IMG/VR virus record: IMGVR_UViG_3300046168_000026
Coordinates: 96,001-160,000 of that record
Origin: a virus
Reading direction: 5' to 3' (one strand)
DNA length: 64,000 nucleotides
Shown: piece by piece, positions 1-9,415 of the stretch
Position numbering within the stretch: the first letter of the stretch is position 1
Layout of the letters: each line of letters begins with the position of its first letter
Translations under genes and position numbers: made by a program
The notes under the pieces: model-generated
Seen by the model: only the letters and a program-made list of their open reading frames with translations
Database searches by the model: none
What the model was told of the DNA's origin: nothing

Positions 1-344
1 GTAATTGCGTTACTTGCAGTTTCAATATCAGGCAATCCACTATTCATTTCAACCTCAATATCAAATGTTAGAATTGTATGTCCTGTTGATAGTTCGTCTG
101 AATCACCATACTCATCAATTAGAAACCTCGTCATTTCATTGACATCAGACTCATATAATTTTAAGTCATCATCTTGTTTCCAATAATTTAATTTCTTAAG
201 TCGTTCACCATGAATGGATTGATGTGCTCCATTACCATCTCTTACATAGGCGTACCTACGATACTTAGATGTAAAGTAACCTTTTTCATCATCCCAACAA
301 TGGATGATAGACTTTTCTTTTTCGAAGAATACATTTTGATACAT
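1..344 (-). CDS. Family B DNA polymerase, N-terminal part (runs off the window)
   Basis: Hand translation from ATG at 344: MYQNVFFEKEKSIIHCWDDEKGY...HTILTFDIEVEMNSGLPDIETASNAIT, with the ExoI 'FDIE' motif. Host-type promoter directly upstream. Not in the ORF track because it is truncated. Confidence 0.85.
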   Translation of the reverse strand, partial: MYQNVFFEKEKSIIHCWDDEKGYFTSKYRRYAYVRDGNGAHQSIHGERLKKLNYWKQDDDLKLYESDVNEMTRFLIDEYGDSDELSTGHTILTFDIEVEMNSGLPDIETASNAI

Positions 345-348
345 ATGT

Positions 349-380
349 TAAATATACGAAATTATTTTGACTTTACCAAA
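349..380 (-). promoter_or_regulatory. Bacteroidota-type -33/-7 promoter upstream of polB
   Basis: Minus strand TTTG-N20-TATATTTA, 4 nt before the ATG. Confidence 0.65.
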
Positions 381-1161
381 AGTTAACTGCGTTTTCTGGC
401 GTATAAGTTTCATGTTTTTCAATAGGTGGTAAAAACTCCTCAGGGTCTTTTGGATACGGACTTGTTTTATGTTTTAACATCTTACTAAGTTTTCGTTTCT
501 CAGATTTGTTTTGACCTAAGATTTGAATGTACCTATGTTTAGGTGCTTCTTTCTTTCGCCAAAAACATGATTTGTTTTGTTTACCTATTTCTGTTTTTAA
601 GTGTTCTACATTATGTGAACCCCATTTTGAGAATACAGTTCTCGAATGAATCCAATTGTAAGGATTTTCAGTTAGTGATACTGAATAGTTTGGCATTAGT
701 TGTATATCACGACAATCTTGATATAACCAATTAGTTGCTTGGTAAATGCCACCGAGGTGTAATTGTTCAGGGTCTGCGTAACTCAATAACATCTTAATAT
801 TTGGTGCATTTTCTCTCATCCATTTAAAAGACTGACCCATTGAGTATGATTCTACATTTGAACCATATCCATCGTGTATAAACAATCTTGTCAATTCTAA
901 ACACTCATCTTTTTCTAAACCATCAATTACAGACTTAATCGCTGAACGACCTACGGGATATCCATATACCAAACAACCAATTAGTTTTTCACTACCAAAA
1001 AACTCACCATCACCCTTGTAATACACACCAAGTGCGTATCTACACATTGTCCATGCGTGAGAGTAGTGATACTTTACTATCATATGTTTTGCAACACTTT
1101 TATTGATTTCTCTGATTGAAACCTTTGAAGCGTCTACATAATGTTTATTAGGTTCTTTCAA
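373..1161 (-). CDS. Mom-family (GNAT-like) DNA adenine modification protein, paralog 1
   Basis: Motifs HYS, LELTRLFI, SYADPEQLHLGGIYQATNW and KHRYI are typical of Mu Mom homologs. Confidence 0.75.
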   Translation of the reverse strand: MKEPNKHYVDASKVSIREINKSVAKHMIVKYHYSHAWTMCRYALGVYYKGDGEFFGSEKLIGCLVYGYPVGRSAIKSVIDGLEKDECLELTRLFIHDGYGSNVESYSMGQSFKWMRENAPNIKMLLSYADPEQLHLGGIYQATNWLYQDCRDIQLMPNYSVSLTENPYNWIHSRTVFSKWGSHNVEHLKTEIGKQNKSCFWRKKEAPKHRYIQILGQNKSEKRKLSKMLKHKTSPYPKDPEEFLPPIEKHETYTPENAVNFW

Positions 1162-1900
1162 TTGGTTCTAATTTTTTTATTTCTTCTTCAAATAACTCAC
1201 TCTGTTTAGGATATGGTAGTGAAGGGTATTTTAAACTCTTTAATATACGACTTTTTTTTGACTTATCCAAAATATAAATGTATCGATGCTTTCTTGGTTC
1301 TTTTTTAATCCAAAAAGTTTTACCAATTACCTTTTGTATTTTGGTGGGGTTATTAGTTCCATAATATGGAAATATTGTTCTACCATGCTGCCACTCCCCA
1401 TTTTCTTCAAACTTAAATAACCAACTATCATTTGGTCTTATTCTATTTCCTTGGTATACCCAATTAGTTGACTGATATACAGTTCCTAAATGACCTGCTT
1501 TTGGGTCTGAGTATGAAATCAATCCTTTAATGTGTTTTGCGTGGGTTTTTAACCACTTAAATGTTTGACCTACAAACCAACTTTCAATGTTACATCCGTA
1601 TCCATCAAATACAAATAATCTTGTGAGTTCTAATACTTCTTTTCTATCCAATAACTCTGATATTGATTGACCAGAGTGTCTTCCGATTGGGTCACCATAT
1701 GTTGCAACACCGATTAACTTATCTGTCGATGAAAAGAAAGAGTGTGAGTTATCCTCAATATACAATCCCAAACAATAACTAACCTTTGTCCATATACCAC
1801 TATAATGGTTCTTTATGATAATGTCCTTTGCTACTGATTTTGAGATAGGTCTTACGGATAACTTTGAAATATCTGTATACTCTTTCCCTTTAATTTTCAT
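1148..1900 (-). CDS. Mom-family (GNAT-like) DNA adenine modification protein, paralog 2
   Basis: Motifs NHYS, LELTRLFV, SYSDPKAGHLGTVYQSTNW and KHRYI; collinear with paralog 1. Confidence 0.75.
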   Translation of the reverse strand: MKIKGKEYTDISKLSVRPISKSVAKDIIIKNHYSGIWTKVSYCLGLYIEDNSHSFFSSTDKLIGVATYGDPIGRHSGQSISELLDRKEVLELTRLFVFDGYGCNIESWFVGQTFKWLKTHAKHIKGLISYSDPKAGHLGTVYQSTNWVYQGNRIRPNDSWLFKFEENGEWQHGRTIFPYYGTNNPTKIQKVIGKTFWIKKEPRKHRYIYILDKSKKSRILKSLKYPSLPYPKQSELFEEEIKKLEPIERT

Positions 1901-2100
1901 TGATACTCGTTAAACTCACCAAATAGTAAGTGTTTCCAAGTTTCACCTCTAACAATTTTTCTTATGTTAGCAGGTGACACTCCATTGTTTCTTGCCAATA
2001 CTCTAATATTACGATGACCCACTTGCCATAATTTACGAATAGACCTTACTTGTCTTTCCGTTAATTTATGTTGTGGATGTAATTCACCTCTTAATGCCAT
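1897..2100 (-). CDS. Small basic HTH-like DNA-binding protein, similar to the C-terminal module of phage HNH endonucleases
   Basis: RGELHPQHKLTERQVRSIR...LARNNGVSPANIRKIVRGETWKH. Start moved to ATG 2100 because the GTG at 2115 overlaps the -7 promoter element. Confidence 0.6.
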   Translation of the reverse strand: MALRGELHPQHKLTERQVRSIRKLWQVGHRNIRVLARNNGVSPANIRKIVRGETWKHLLFGEFNEYQ

Positions 2101-2114
2101 TCTAAATCTTTTCA

Positions 2115-2146
2115 CTAATATACGAAATTTATTTTAATTTTCCAAA
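2115..2146 (-). promoter_or_regulatory. Bacteroidota-type -33/-7 promoter for the HTH-mom-mom unit
   Basis: TTTG-N20-TATATTAG on the minus strand. Confidence 0.65.
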
Positions 2147-2691
2147 ATTATATCACCACTTTTCAATCCACTTGGTTCAATATCCCATAAATTGATTGCT
2201 ATTGCGTGTCTTGTACCACGAGTAACTTTAGTAACTCTATGTGGATGGGCGCCTGCAGGGAATATAACCAGTCTATTATACTTTGGTTCTAATCTTTCAG
2301 GTTCACCATCTTGACCATGTGGATATATTTCAAGATAACCACCATCAATATCATTTTCCCAAGGATAGTAAACTGTTCCAATTATTGGTGTAATAATTTC
2401 GTTTGTTCTCCAGTAATGTGCTTCGTCTTTGTCAAAATGGAATGGTAGTTCATCCTTTTCTTCAAACTCCGAGTAAATGCCTGTCCAATATTCGAATCCT
2501 GTAATACTTAATGGTTCGTATGGTGAGTTCTCACCCCAAATGTATTCTATCAACCTTTTTTTAAGTGTATCGGTAGGTGAATTCCACCAACCATCCCACC
2601 ACATATAACTTTTATCATTAAAAAATGTGGTGTCATTCTTTAAATCATTCAATAGACTTTCGTCTTTTATAAAATCATCTATTACTATCAT
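2134..2691 (-). CDS. 2OG-Fe(II) oxygenase (prolyl-hydroxylase-like fold)
   Basis: HFD (HxD), GGYLEI, NRLVIF, distal His and Arg in HRVTKVTRGTR. Confidence 0.8.
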   Translation of the reverse strand: MIVIDDFIKDESLLNDLKNDTTFFNDKSYMWWDGWWNSPTDTLKKRLIEYIWGENSPYEPLSITGFEYWTGIYSEFEEKDELPFHFDKDEAHYWRTNEIITPIIGTVYYPWENDIDGGYLEIYPHGQDGEPERLEPKYNRLVIFPAGAHPHRVTKVTRGTRHAIAINLWDIEPSGLKSGDIILEN

Positions 2692-3779
2692 AAACTTTCT
2701 ACTTTCTTAAGTGCGGATGCGATTACTTGATGCATATCATAGTATTTGTACTCTGCCAACCTACCACCAAATATTACTTTATCTTGACCATCCGCAAGTT
2801 TTTTATATTTGTTATACATCTCATTGTTAATTTTATCATTTACAGGATAATATGGTTCTACCCCTCTTTCGTAAAGTTGTGGATACTCCCAACTAACATA
2901 AGTTCCTTTTTGATTCTGATTATCAAAATGTTTATGTTCTATGGTTCGAGTATAAGGTGTTTCTGAATCCGTATAGTTCATTAATGCACATCCTTGATAA
3001 TTATCTTTTGATTTATACATTTTATGCATCCAATGTAAAGACTTGTATTCTAAGTCACCATATTTGTAATCGAAGTACTTATCAATCGGACCTGTATAAA
3101 TTACTTTATCACCCATATCATCCCAAAAGTCTTTTTTATCAAAATAATCCGTTTCTGTAAATACTTCAATATCTTCTAACAACCTTTCAAATATCTGAGT
3201 GTATCCACCAATTGGTATTCCTTGATATTTGTCATTGAAGTAATTGTTATTATATGTGTATCTTACAGGCAATCTTTTGATAATTGACTTTGGTAACAAC
3301 TTAGCTGGCTTCATCCATTGTTTTTGGGTATAACCTTTTATTAACTTTTCGTAAATGTCGTCACCAACAAGTGCTTTCGCCTGTTCTTCTAAATTAGTTG
3401 GAGTATCCTTAAATCTTTGTGATTCAATCCTTTGTTTTGCTCCTTCGGGTGTCGTTACACCCCACATTTTGTTGAATGTATACATATTGAAAGGTAACGG
3501 ATATATTTCACCCTTATAGTTTGCAACTATATTCAATTGGAATTGGTGAAAATCTACAAACTGATTTATCCAATGCCAAACCTTATCATTATTTGTATGA
3601 AATATATGTGGTCCATATTTGTGTACATGAATACCTTCTATTTCTTCGGTATAACAATTACCACCTATGTGGTCTCGTTTTTCTAATACAAGAACCTTTT
3701 TACCTTTTTCTTTAAGTTCGTATGCACATACTGCACCAAAGAATCCAGAACCTACAATAATGTAATCGTATTTAGCCAT
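2688..3779 (-). CDS. glf: UDP-galactopyranose mutase
   Basis: FAD motif GSGFFGA, HIGGNCY, YGPHIFHT, YFNDKYQGIP, EPYYPVN, GRLAEYKYYDMHQ. Confidence 0.95.
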   Translation of the reverse strand: MAKYDYIIVGSGFFGAVCAYELKEKGKKVLVLEKRDHIGGNCYTEEIEGIHVHKYGPHIFHTNNDKVWHWINQFVDFHQFQLNIVANYKGEIYPLPFNMYTFNKMWGVTTPEGAKQRIESQRFKDTPTNLEEQAKALVGDDIYEKLIKGYTQKQWMKPAKLLPKSIIKRLPVRYTYNNNYFNDKYQGIPIGGYTQIFERLLEDIEVFTETDYFDKKDFWDDMGDKVIYTGPIDKYFDYKYGDLEYKSLHWMHKMYKSKDNYQGCALMNYTDSETPYTRTIEHKHFDNQNQKGTYVSWEYPQLYERGVEPYYPVNDKINNEMYNKYKKLADGQDKVIFGGRLAEYKYYDMHQVIASALKKVESL

Positions 3780-4902
3780 TCAATCCTCTTAATGCTTTAG
3801 TATGAAGTTCTTTTGGATATTCACTTGTATCGTAATATGCGGTATCCTCTATTATAAACTGAAGATTTGGGAATGGGTTTTTTCTGTTTAAATCTACTAA
3901 CATTTTAGTACATTGTAACGCTTTACTAAAGTGTTTTCGTTCCAAGTATATTTCTGCTAATCTGGCATATGATTCATTTCTGGCGTGACAAAACTCAACA
4001 CTTTTATTCAACCACTCTATTTGTTTATCAATTTGACCTATCCACTTGTATGCAGCTGCTATTCCAACACAACACCAATAAGAAAATTCATCTCTTGTAG
4101 ATGATACTAAATTATTCTCTTTATACTCTGGATTTACTTTATACAGATATTGTTCAAAATAAAATATACATCGTCTTGCAAACTCTTCCCTATGGTCTTC
4201 ACCAAATGGAAAATTATCACCAAGTGTATCGTGATAGGATTTTGCTATGTAGAATAAATGATAATTATCTTCTAAGACTTTATTGTTTGGGACTACATCA
4301 AGTTCTAAGTTTAATGCATCTTTTAAAAACTTCATTGGTTGTAACCAAGTTTGTCCATCATTAGTTAGAATGTGTCTAAACTTTTTGTCTAATGGTACTC
4401 GTTGAAATTCTTCACCAACATCATCTCTATCTAAATAAATTGTCTCATGCGCTTTTTCTGGGTAGAATGCCCATGGTTCTTTTGCATTCCATAACCAAGT
4501 TCTAAAATACTTTACACCTGGCCCTTGACATGGTACATTGAAACTCTGAATCGATGTATCGTTAAATACGGACCAATCAAAATCATCATCTACTTGTAAT
4601 TGTTCATCTGCATCAACTCTAAGTATCCAATCACACCCATGGTCTGCACTTAATGCAGTTTTTATACAATGGTCTCTGTTTATTCCATGACCCTTCCACC
4701 AATCTAATTGATATAAGAAACCAGGTATTCCTTTAGCTTCAAAGAAGTTCTTAATTATATCTTGTGTTCCATCAGTTGAACCATTATCTTGAATAACCCA
4801 ATAGTCGATATACTCGTAAACACTCTCTAACATCCTTGTGATGACATGAGCTTCGTTATTTACCATCGTGTTAAAACAAAACTTTGCAGTAGTGTTCTTC
4901 AT
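3772..4902 (-). CDS. Glycosyltransferase family 2 with TPR-like C-terminus
   Basis: MVNNEAHVITRML, DNGSTDGT, RVDADE (DxD), HE motif, helical C-terminus. Confidence 0.8.
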   Translation of the reverse strand: MKNTTAKFCFNTMVNNEAHVITRMLESVYEYIDYWVIQDNGSTDGTQDIIKNFFEAKGIPGFLYQLDWWKGHGINRDHCIKTALSADHGCDWILRVDADEQLQVDDDFDWSVFNDTSIQSFNVPCQGPGVKYFRTWLWNAKEPWAFYPEKAHETIYLDRDDVGEEFQRVPLDKKFRHILTNDGQTWLQPMKFLKDALNLELDVVPNNKVLEDNYHLFYIAKSYHDTLGDNFPFGEDHREEFARRCIFYFEQYLYKVNPEYKENNLVSSTRDEFSYWCCVGIAAAYKWIGQIDKQIEWLNKSVEFCHARNESYARLAEIYLERKHFSKALQCTKMLVDLNRKNPFPNLQFIIEDTAYYDTSEYPKELHTKALRGLNG

Positions 4903-4918
4903 AACTTATTAATTGTTT

Positions 4919-5155
4919 TTATGCAGATAGATATTCGTTTACAGGTTTTACACCAATGTGTCTTTTTACTTCAACTCCACCTTCTAATAACACAACAGTC
5001 GGTACACTTCTGATTCCGTACTTTTGTGCAAAGTCTGGTTGTTCATCTACATTTATTTTATTTACAGGAATAGTATTCCCCACCTGCTCCATTACGGGAC
5101 TCAACATTTTACATGGACCACACCATGGTGCTGAAAAGTACAAATATTCTTTCAT
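4919..5155 (-). CDS. trxA: Thioredoxin
   Basis: WCGPC active site; adjacent to RNR. Confidence 0.92.
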   Translation of the reverse strand: MKEYLYFSAPWCGPCKMLSPVMEQVGNTIPVNKINVDEQPDFAQKYGIRSVPTVVLLEGGVEVKRHIGVKPVNEYLSA

Positions 5156-5172
5156 TACTTACCTTTTTTTAA

Positions 5173-6957
5173 TTAACCATCGCAGGATACACAATCGGGG
5201 TCTAATGCTCGTGCTGCGATATCACCACGAAGGACAGATTCCGTTCTCATATAATATAAAGTTTTGATTCCTTGTTTCCATGCTTCTAAAGTAACTTGAT
5301 TAATCCACTTTGGACTTGCTTCAGATGGAAATGCCAGATTCAACGAAACTCCTTGGTCAATATATTGTTGTCTAACACCCGCTTGTCTAACCAATTCTAA
5401 TTGATTAATCTCTTTGAATGTTTTAAAAACATCTTTGACCCAAAAAACTTGGTCTTTATCAAATGCTTCTTGGGAGATGTCTTCTCTTTTTAAGAGTTTA
5501 GCATCAACATATCCCCAATCGTCCAATTCTTTAATATCTTGAACTGAACCACCATCTTCTAAAACTTTATCCCAAGTTCCTTTTTTGTTAATACCCACTT
5601 TCCTAAATACCTTTTCTAATTCAAGGTTTTTACGAATGAATGTTCCCTTTGCCGTTTGTTCCGTAAATACATTGGAAGGCCAAGGTTCAATTCCTGCGGA
5701 TACATTACCACTTAATTTAGAATTAGAAACAGTAGGAGCAATTGCTCTTAAGTGTGTGTTTCTAAATCCACTATCTTTACACCATAATGGTTCACCATAC
5801 TCGGTAGCCATATCTCTTGATGCTCTTTCTGATTCAATCTTTAACTGAGAAAAAATCTTACGAGTTTCAAATTGAGCAGGTAATCCTTCAAAGGAAATAC
5901 CTTTTCTTTGTAAGTAAGTGTGCCATCCTAAGACACCCAAACCTAATGCTCTACCTTTTTCTGCTGAACGAACTGCGTTTTCAAATCCTCTCATATTCTT
6001 AGCTTTTTGTAAGAATTCTGAAAGTACACCATCTAAAAAGTATGTAGCGGTGTATATTAAATCTGTATCTTTCCACTCATCATACTTTGCTAAGTTGAGT
6101 GATGATAAACAACAAACAAAACTATGTGATTCGTCTGTATGTAATGTGATTTCAGAACAGATGTTTGTCATATGAACTTTTAATCCATTGTTTTTGTACA
6201 TTGGTGGATTTGCTTTGTTGATATTACCTTTATACATTATATAAGGTTCACCTGTTGCTTTTCTTTTTTGAAGTACTTTACCCCATTTTCTTCTTGCTTC
6301 TGGGTCAGCTTCTTCCAATCTTCTCATAAACTTATCACCAACAACTACACATTGATGTAAATTCAAACATTGTCTGTTTACATCACCTTTGGGTTCTCTG
6401 ATTTCAATCCATTCATCAAAATCACCATGTTCGATGTTTAAGTTTACGGATGCTGCTCCTCTTCGTACTGCTCCTTGATTTGTAGCAAGGATTGTAGAAT
6501 CATAAATCTTTGCAAATGGTACAACCCCATCTGATGTTCCATTTTGAGTAATATTAGAACCTGCAGGTCTAATCATATTCAAACCTACACCTACTCCACC
6601 ACCATGTTTGGCGAGTAACATCATCTCTAAGTTCTTCTTACCGATATCATTTATTGAGTCTGCCACATCAATTCCAAAACAACTTATTGGTAGTCCTCTA
6701 TCTGTACCTGTATTTGATAGTACAGGTGATGCTAAATTTAGCCAACCTTTCCAAATGTAATCAAAGAATTTTGATGCAAGTTGTGGTTTTTCTAATCTAC
6801 GAGCTACTGCCGTTGATACTCTCCAATATGCATCTTTTGGTTTTTCTCCAGGTAGTAAATAACCATTTGATATAGTTTTTACATATATTTCTGTATTTGC
6901 CCAAACAGGAAAATCCGTACCTATTTCCCACTCTAAATGTTCTGCGTGATTCTTCAT
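5173..6957 (-). CDS. nrdA: Ribonucleotide reductase class I alpha subunit (no ATP cone)
   Basis: PISCF, GGGVG, TNICSEI, VCCLSSLNL, AIAPT, TLYY, C-terminal CVSC. Start set at MKNHAE (ATG 6957). Confidence 0.93.
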   Translation of the reverse strand: MKNHAEHLEWEIGTDFPVWANTEIYVKTISNGYLLPGEKPKDAYWRVSTAVARRLEKPQLASKFFDYIWKGWLNLASPVLSNTGTDRGLPISCFGIDVADSINDIGKKNLEMMLLAKHGGGVGVGLNMIRPAGSNITQNGTSDGVVPFAKIYDSTILATNQGAVRRGAASVNLNIEHGDFDEWIEIREPKGDVNRQCLNLHQCVVVGDKFMRRLEEADPEARRKWGKVLQKRKATGEPYIMYKGNINKANPPMYKNNGLKVHMTNICSEITLHTDESHSFVCCLSSLNLAKYDEWKDTDLIYTATYFLDGVLSEFLQKAKNMRGFENAVRSAEKGRALGLGVLGWHTYLQRKGISFEGLPAQFETRKIFSQLKIESERASRDMATEYGEPLWCKDSGFRNTHLRAIAPTVSNSKLSGNVSAGIEPWPSNVFTEQTAKGTFIRKNLELEKVFRKVGINKKGTWDKVLEDGGSVQDIKELDDWGYVDAKLLKREDISQEAFDKDQVFWVKDVFKTFKEINQLELVRQAGVRQQYIDQGVSLNLAFPSEASPKWINQVTLEAWKQGIKTLYYMRTESVLRGDIAARALDPDCVSCDG

Positions 6958-6968
6958 AACTTGTTTTC

Positions 6969-7961
6969 TTAAAATATGTCGTCCCAATCTTCACCTTCAT
7001 TTGCCTTACTATAATCAGTAGGCCTCAAAGCGAAGAAGTCCGTATGTGTTTGTCCACCTGTTAAGTGGTAGAACCAATCTAAATTAGATGCTTTTTCCTC
7101 ATCAAAGTCAAAGATACCATTATATCCCAATTCTTTTAATTTAGAGTTTGTTCTTGATTTTATAAATTCTTTTAAATTGTCTGATTTTAGATTTTCCAAA
7201 TCACCCATCTCAAACATTTTATCAATGTACTTAATTTCAAGGTCAACAATTAATCTTGCTGCCTCTTCAATTGATTCTTTACATTCGTCTAATAATTCTG
7301 GATATTCATCACACATATGTCTGAATAACTGACATCCCATCTTGGAATGTAAAGATTCATCTCTTACAGACCATTTCATTTGCTGACCGATACCTTTTAA
7401 CTTGTTTCTCATTTGAAATGAGTAAAGTACTGCGAATGAAGAATATAACGCCACACCCTCTGTAAATGCTGAGAATATAGCGAGTGATTTTCCTACTTCT
7501 TTTCTTGCGTCTGAATTAGATTTTAAATCTTCATGAGTGTATCTGTTTGTTATACTTGCAAGGTTCTCAAATCTCTCTGCCGTTGCAGGTTCATGTAAAA
7601 ATGCCTCAAAGTCTTCTAAACCTAATGATTCGTTTAGATATGAATATGCCGTTGCGTGTATTGTTTCTTGTGAACCAAACATCATTGCCATCTGTTTTAT
7701 CTCATGCTTTGGAAACCAATCGGTAACCATATTAGTCCAATAATCAGATACCGCACATTCAGTTTGTGCAAACCCAAGTAATATATTACCGACTAAGTTT
7801 TTTTCTTCAGGTGTTAAATGTTCGTTCCAATCTTTGATATCCCCTTGCATTGGAATTTCAGTATGTAACCAAAATGCCTGTGCCTGTTTCAACCACCCTT
7901 CTGTATAATATTCAGGGTATTCAAAAGGTTTAAATGGGATACGATTGTCAAATAATGCCAT
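6969..7961 (-). CDS. nrdB: Ribonucleotide reductase class I beta subunit
   Basis: ETIHATAY, EGVALYSSF, RDESLH, TDFF. Confidence 0.95.
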   Translation of the reverse strand: MALFDNRIPFKPFEYPEYYTEGWLKQAQAFWLHTEIPMQGDIKDWNEHLTPEEKNLVGNILLGFAQTECAVSDYWTNMVTDWFPKHEIKQMAMMFGSQETIHATAYSYLNESLGLEDFEAFLHEPATAERFENLASITNRYTHEDLKSNSDARKEVGKSLAIFSAFTEGVALYSSFAVLYSFQMRNKLKGIGQQMKWSVRDESLHSKMGCQLFRHMCDEYPELLDECKESIEEAARLIVDLEIKYIDKMFEMGDLENLKSDNLKEFIKSRTNSKLKELGYNGIFDFDEEKASNLDWFYHLTGGQTHTDFFALRPTDYSKANEGEDWDDIF

Positions 7962-8020
7962 AGTAATTTTTATAGATTTATATTATACATTTATGTTATT
8001 GTCGGTTTTAATATATATGA

Positions 8021-9379
8021 TTAAAAATCGATATCACCCGACATTTCTTTATATTTTTGCGCTAATTCCTTTCTTACTAAACTCTCCCCTTGTTTCATCT
8101 GGGTAGTAGTTTTTCTACCATCAATGGAATCATCGTTGTAAATATGAATTTGGCCTGTTGAGAAGTTTGCTTTAGATGGGAATGTCATTCCATCTGGCCC
8201 AAACCTATTTTTAATAACATGCCATCTACCCGTTCCTGCAAGTTTGTCTTCTATTTTACGAGATAATGATACTACAAAGTCTGCGGTCATCATTTTAGAG
8301 AATGAACCTGCGATTTTTGTACCTGTAATAATATCATCTTCTGCACCACTTCGATTAATCTGTGATGCCGTATAAACGGGAACTTCATATTCACCTGCCA
8401 TACCACGAAGGTCTTCAATAATTTCTTCTAACTCTTCGTGTCGTTTTTCTTTCTGAGGACCTCTAAGTAAGTCTGCGTAATCAACAATAACTACATCAGG
8501 TTTCTTACCTTGTAAAATCATCTTGTCCATATGGGCTTTTAATGATGTTACACCTGCGGTTTTGGTTGGATAATGTTTTACAACTAAGTCACCCTTTACA
8601 TTTTGGACTGCCTTCTCGACATCTTCCATATTAAATTTCAAGTTTCCTACTGCTACTCCACTTAGTACGGCATCATATCTCTGACCAACATAACCTTCAT
8701 TTAATTCAAGAGTATAGTGTGCTACTATCTTCCCTTGTTTCATTGCGTTAACCCCAATGTTTACCAACGACCAAGATTTACCAATACCAGGAGGTGCTGC
8801 GAATAAAACTAACTCACCCTTACCAAAACCACCTTGTGTAATTTCATCAATAACTTGCCAACCTGTTGAGACTACATTCCTAACTGTATCTTCATATCTT
8901 TCGGTAATCATAGATTTGTACTCATGACCAATATCAGAATCTTGACCTGCTTTCATAGCAGTATCAATGTTTTTCTTTATCATATCATATTTCCCACTTT
9001 CTAATAATGGTACTGAATCTAAGATTGCGTTTTTGATAGATTGATTTTTACAGAAGTCAAGAACTTGCTCTTTTACAAATTCCAAATCATCACTTTCTAA
9101 ATGATTCCATGCAAATTTTAATGTATCAACTACCGAAGTTTTTAATACATCTCTTTCTATGGTGTTTATTTTGACTTTGAGAACATCTAAGGTTGGCATC
9201 TTCTCAAATTCATGCATATACTTTAGGATATTTTTTACTAACCACTCTGCTGATTCAGCATCAAAGTACTCTGGCTTTATAATATCATATATCTGTCGTG
9301 TAAACGACCTATCTGATAATATAGAAGATATAACTTTATTCTGAAATGAGGTACTGAACTTACTTCCTAATTTTTCCAT
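8021..9379 (-). CDS. Replicative DnaB-like helicase (T4 gp41-like)
   Basis: Walker A APPGIGKS, TLEL, VDYADLL, TASQINR, KNRFG. Confidence 0.92.
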   Translation of the reverse strand: MEKLGSKFSTSFQNKVISSILSDRSFTRQIYDIIKPEYFDAESAEWLVKNILKYMHEFEKMPTLDVLKVKINTIERDVLKTSVVDTLKFAWNHLESDDLEFVKEQVLDFCKNQSIKNAILDSVPLLESGKYDMIKKNIDTAMKAGQDSDIGHEYKSMITERYEDTVRNVVSTGWQVIDEITQGGFGKGELVLFAAPPGIGKSWSLVNIGVNAMKQGKIVAHYTLELNEGYVGQRYDAVLSGVAVGNLKFNMEDVEKAVQNVKGDLVVKHYPTKTAGVTSLKAHMDKMILQGKKPDVVIVDYADLLRGPQKEKRHEELEEIIEDLRGMAGEYEVPVYTASQINRSGAEDDIITGTKIAGSFSKMMTADFVVSLSRKIEDKLAGTGRWHVIKNRFGPDGMTFPSKANFSTGQIHIYNDDSIDGRKTTTQMKQGESLVRKELAQKYKEMSGDIDF

Positions 9380-9384
9380 AGACT

Positions 9385-9415
9385 ACAATATACGAAATTA
9401 TTTTTTAATATCAAA
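9385..9415 (-). promoter_or_regulatory. Bacteroidota-type -33/-7 promoter upstream of helicase
   Basis: TTTG-N19-TATATTGT. Confidence 0.6.
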
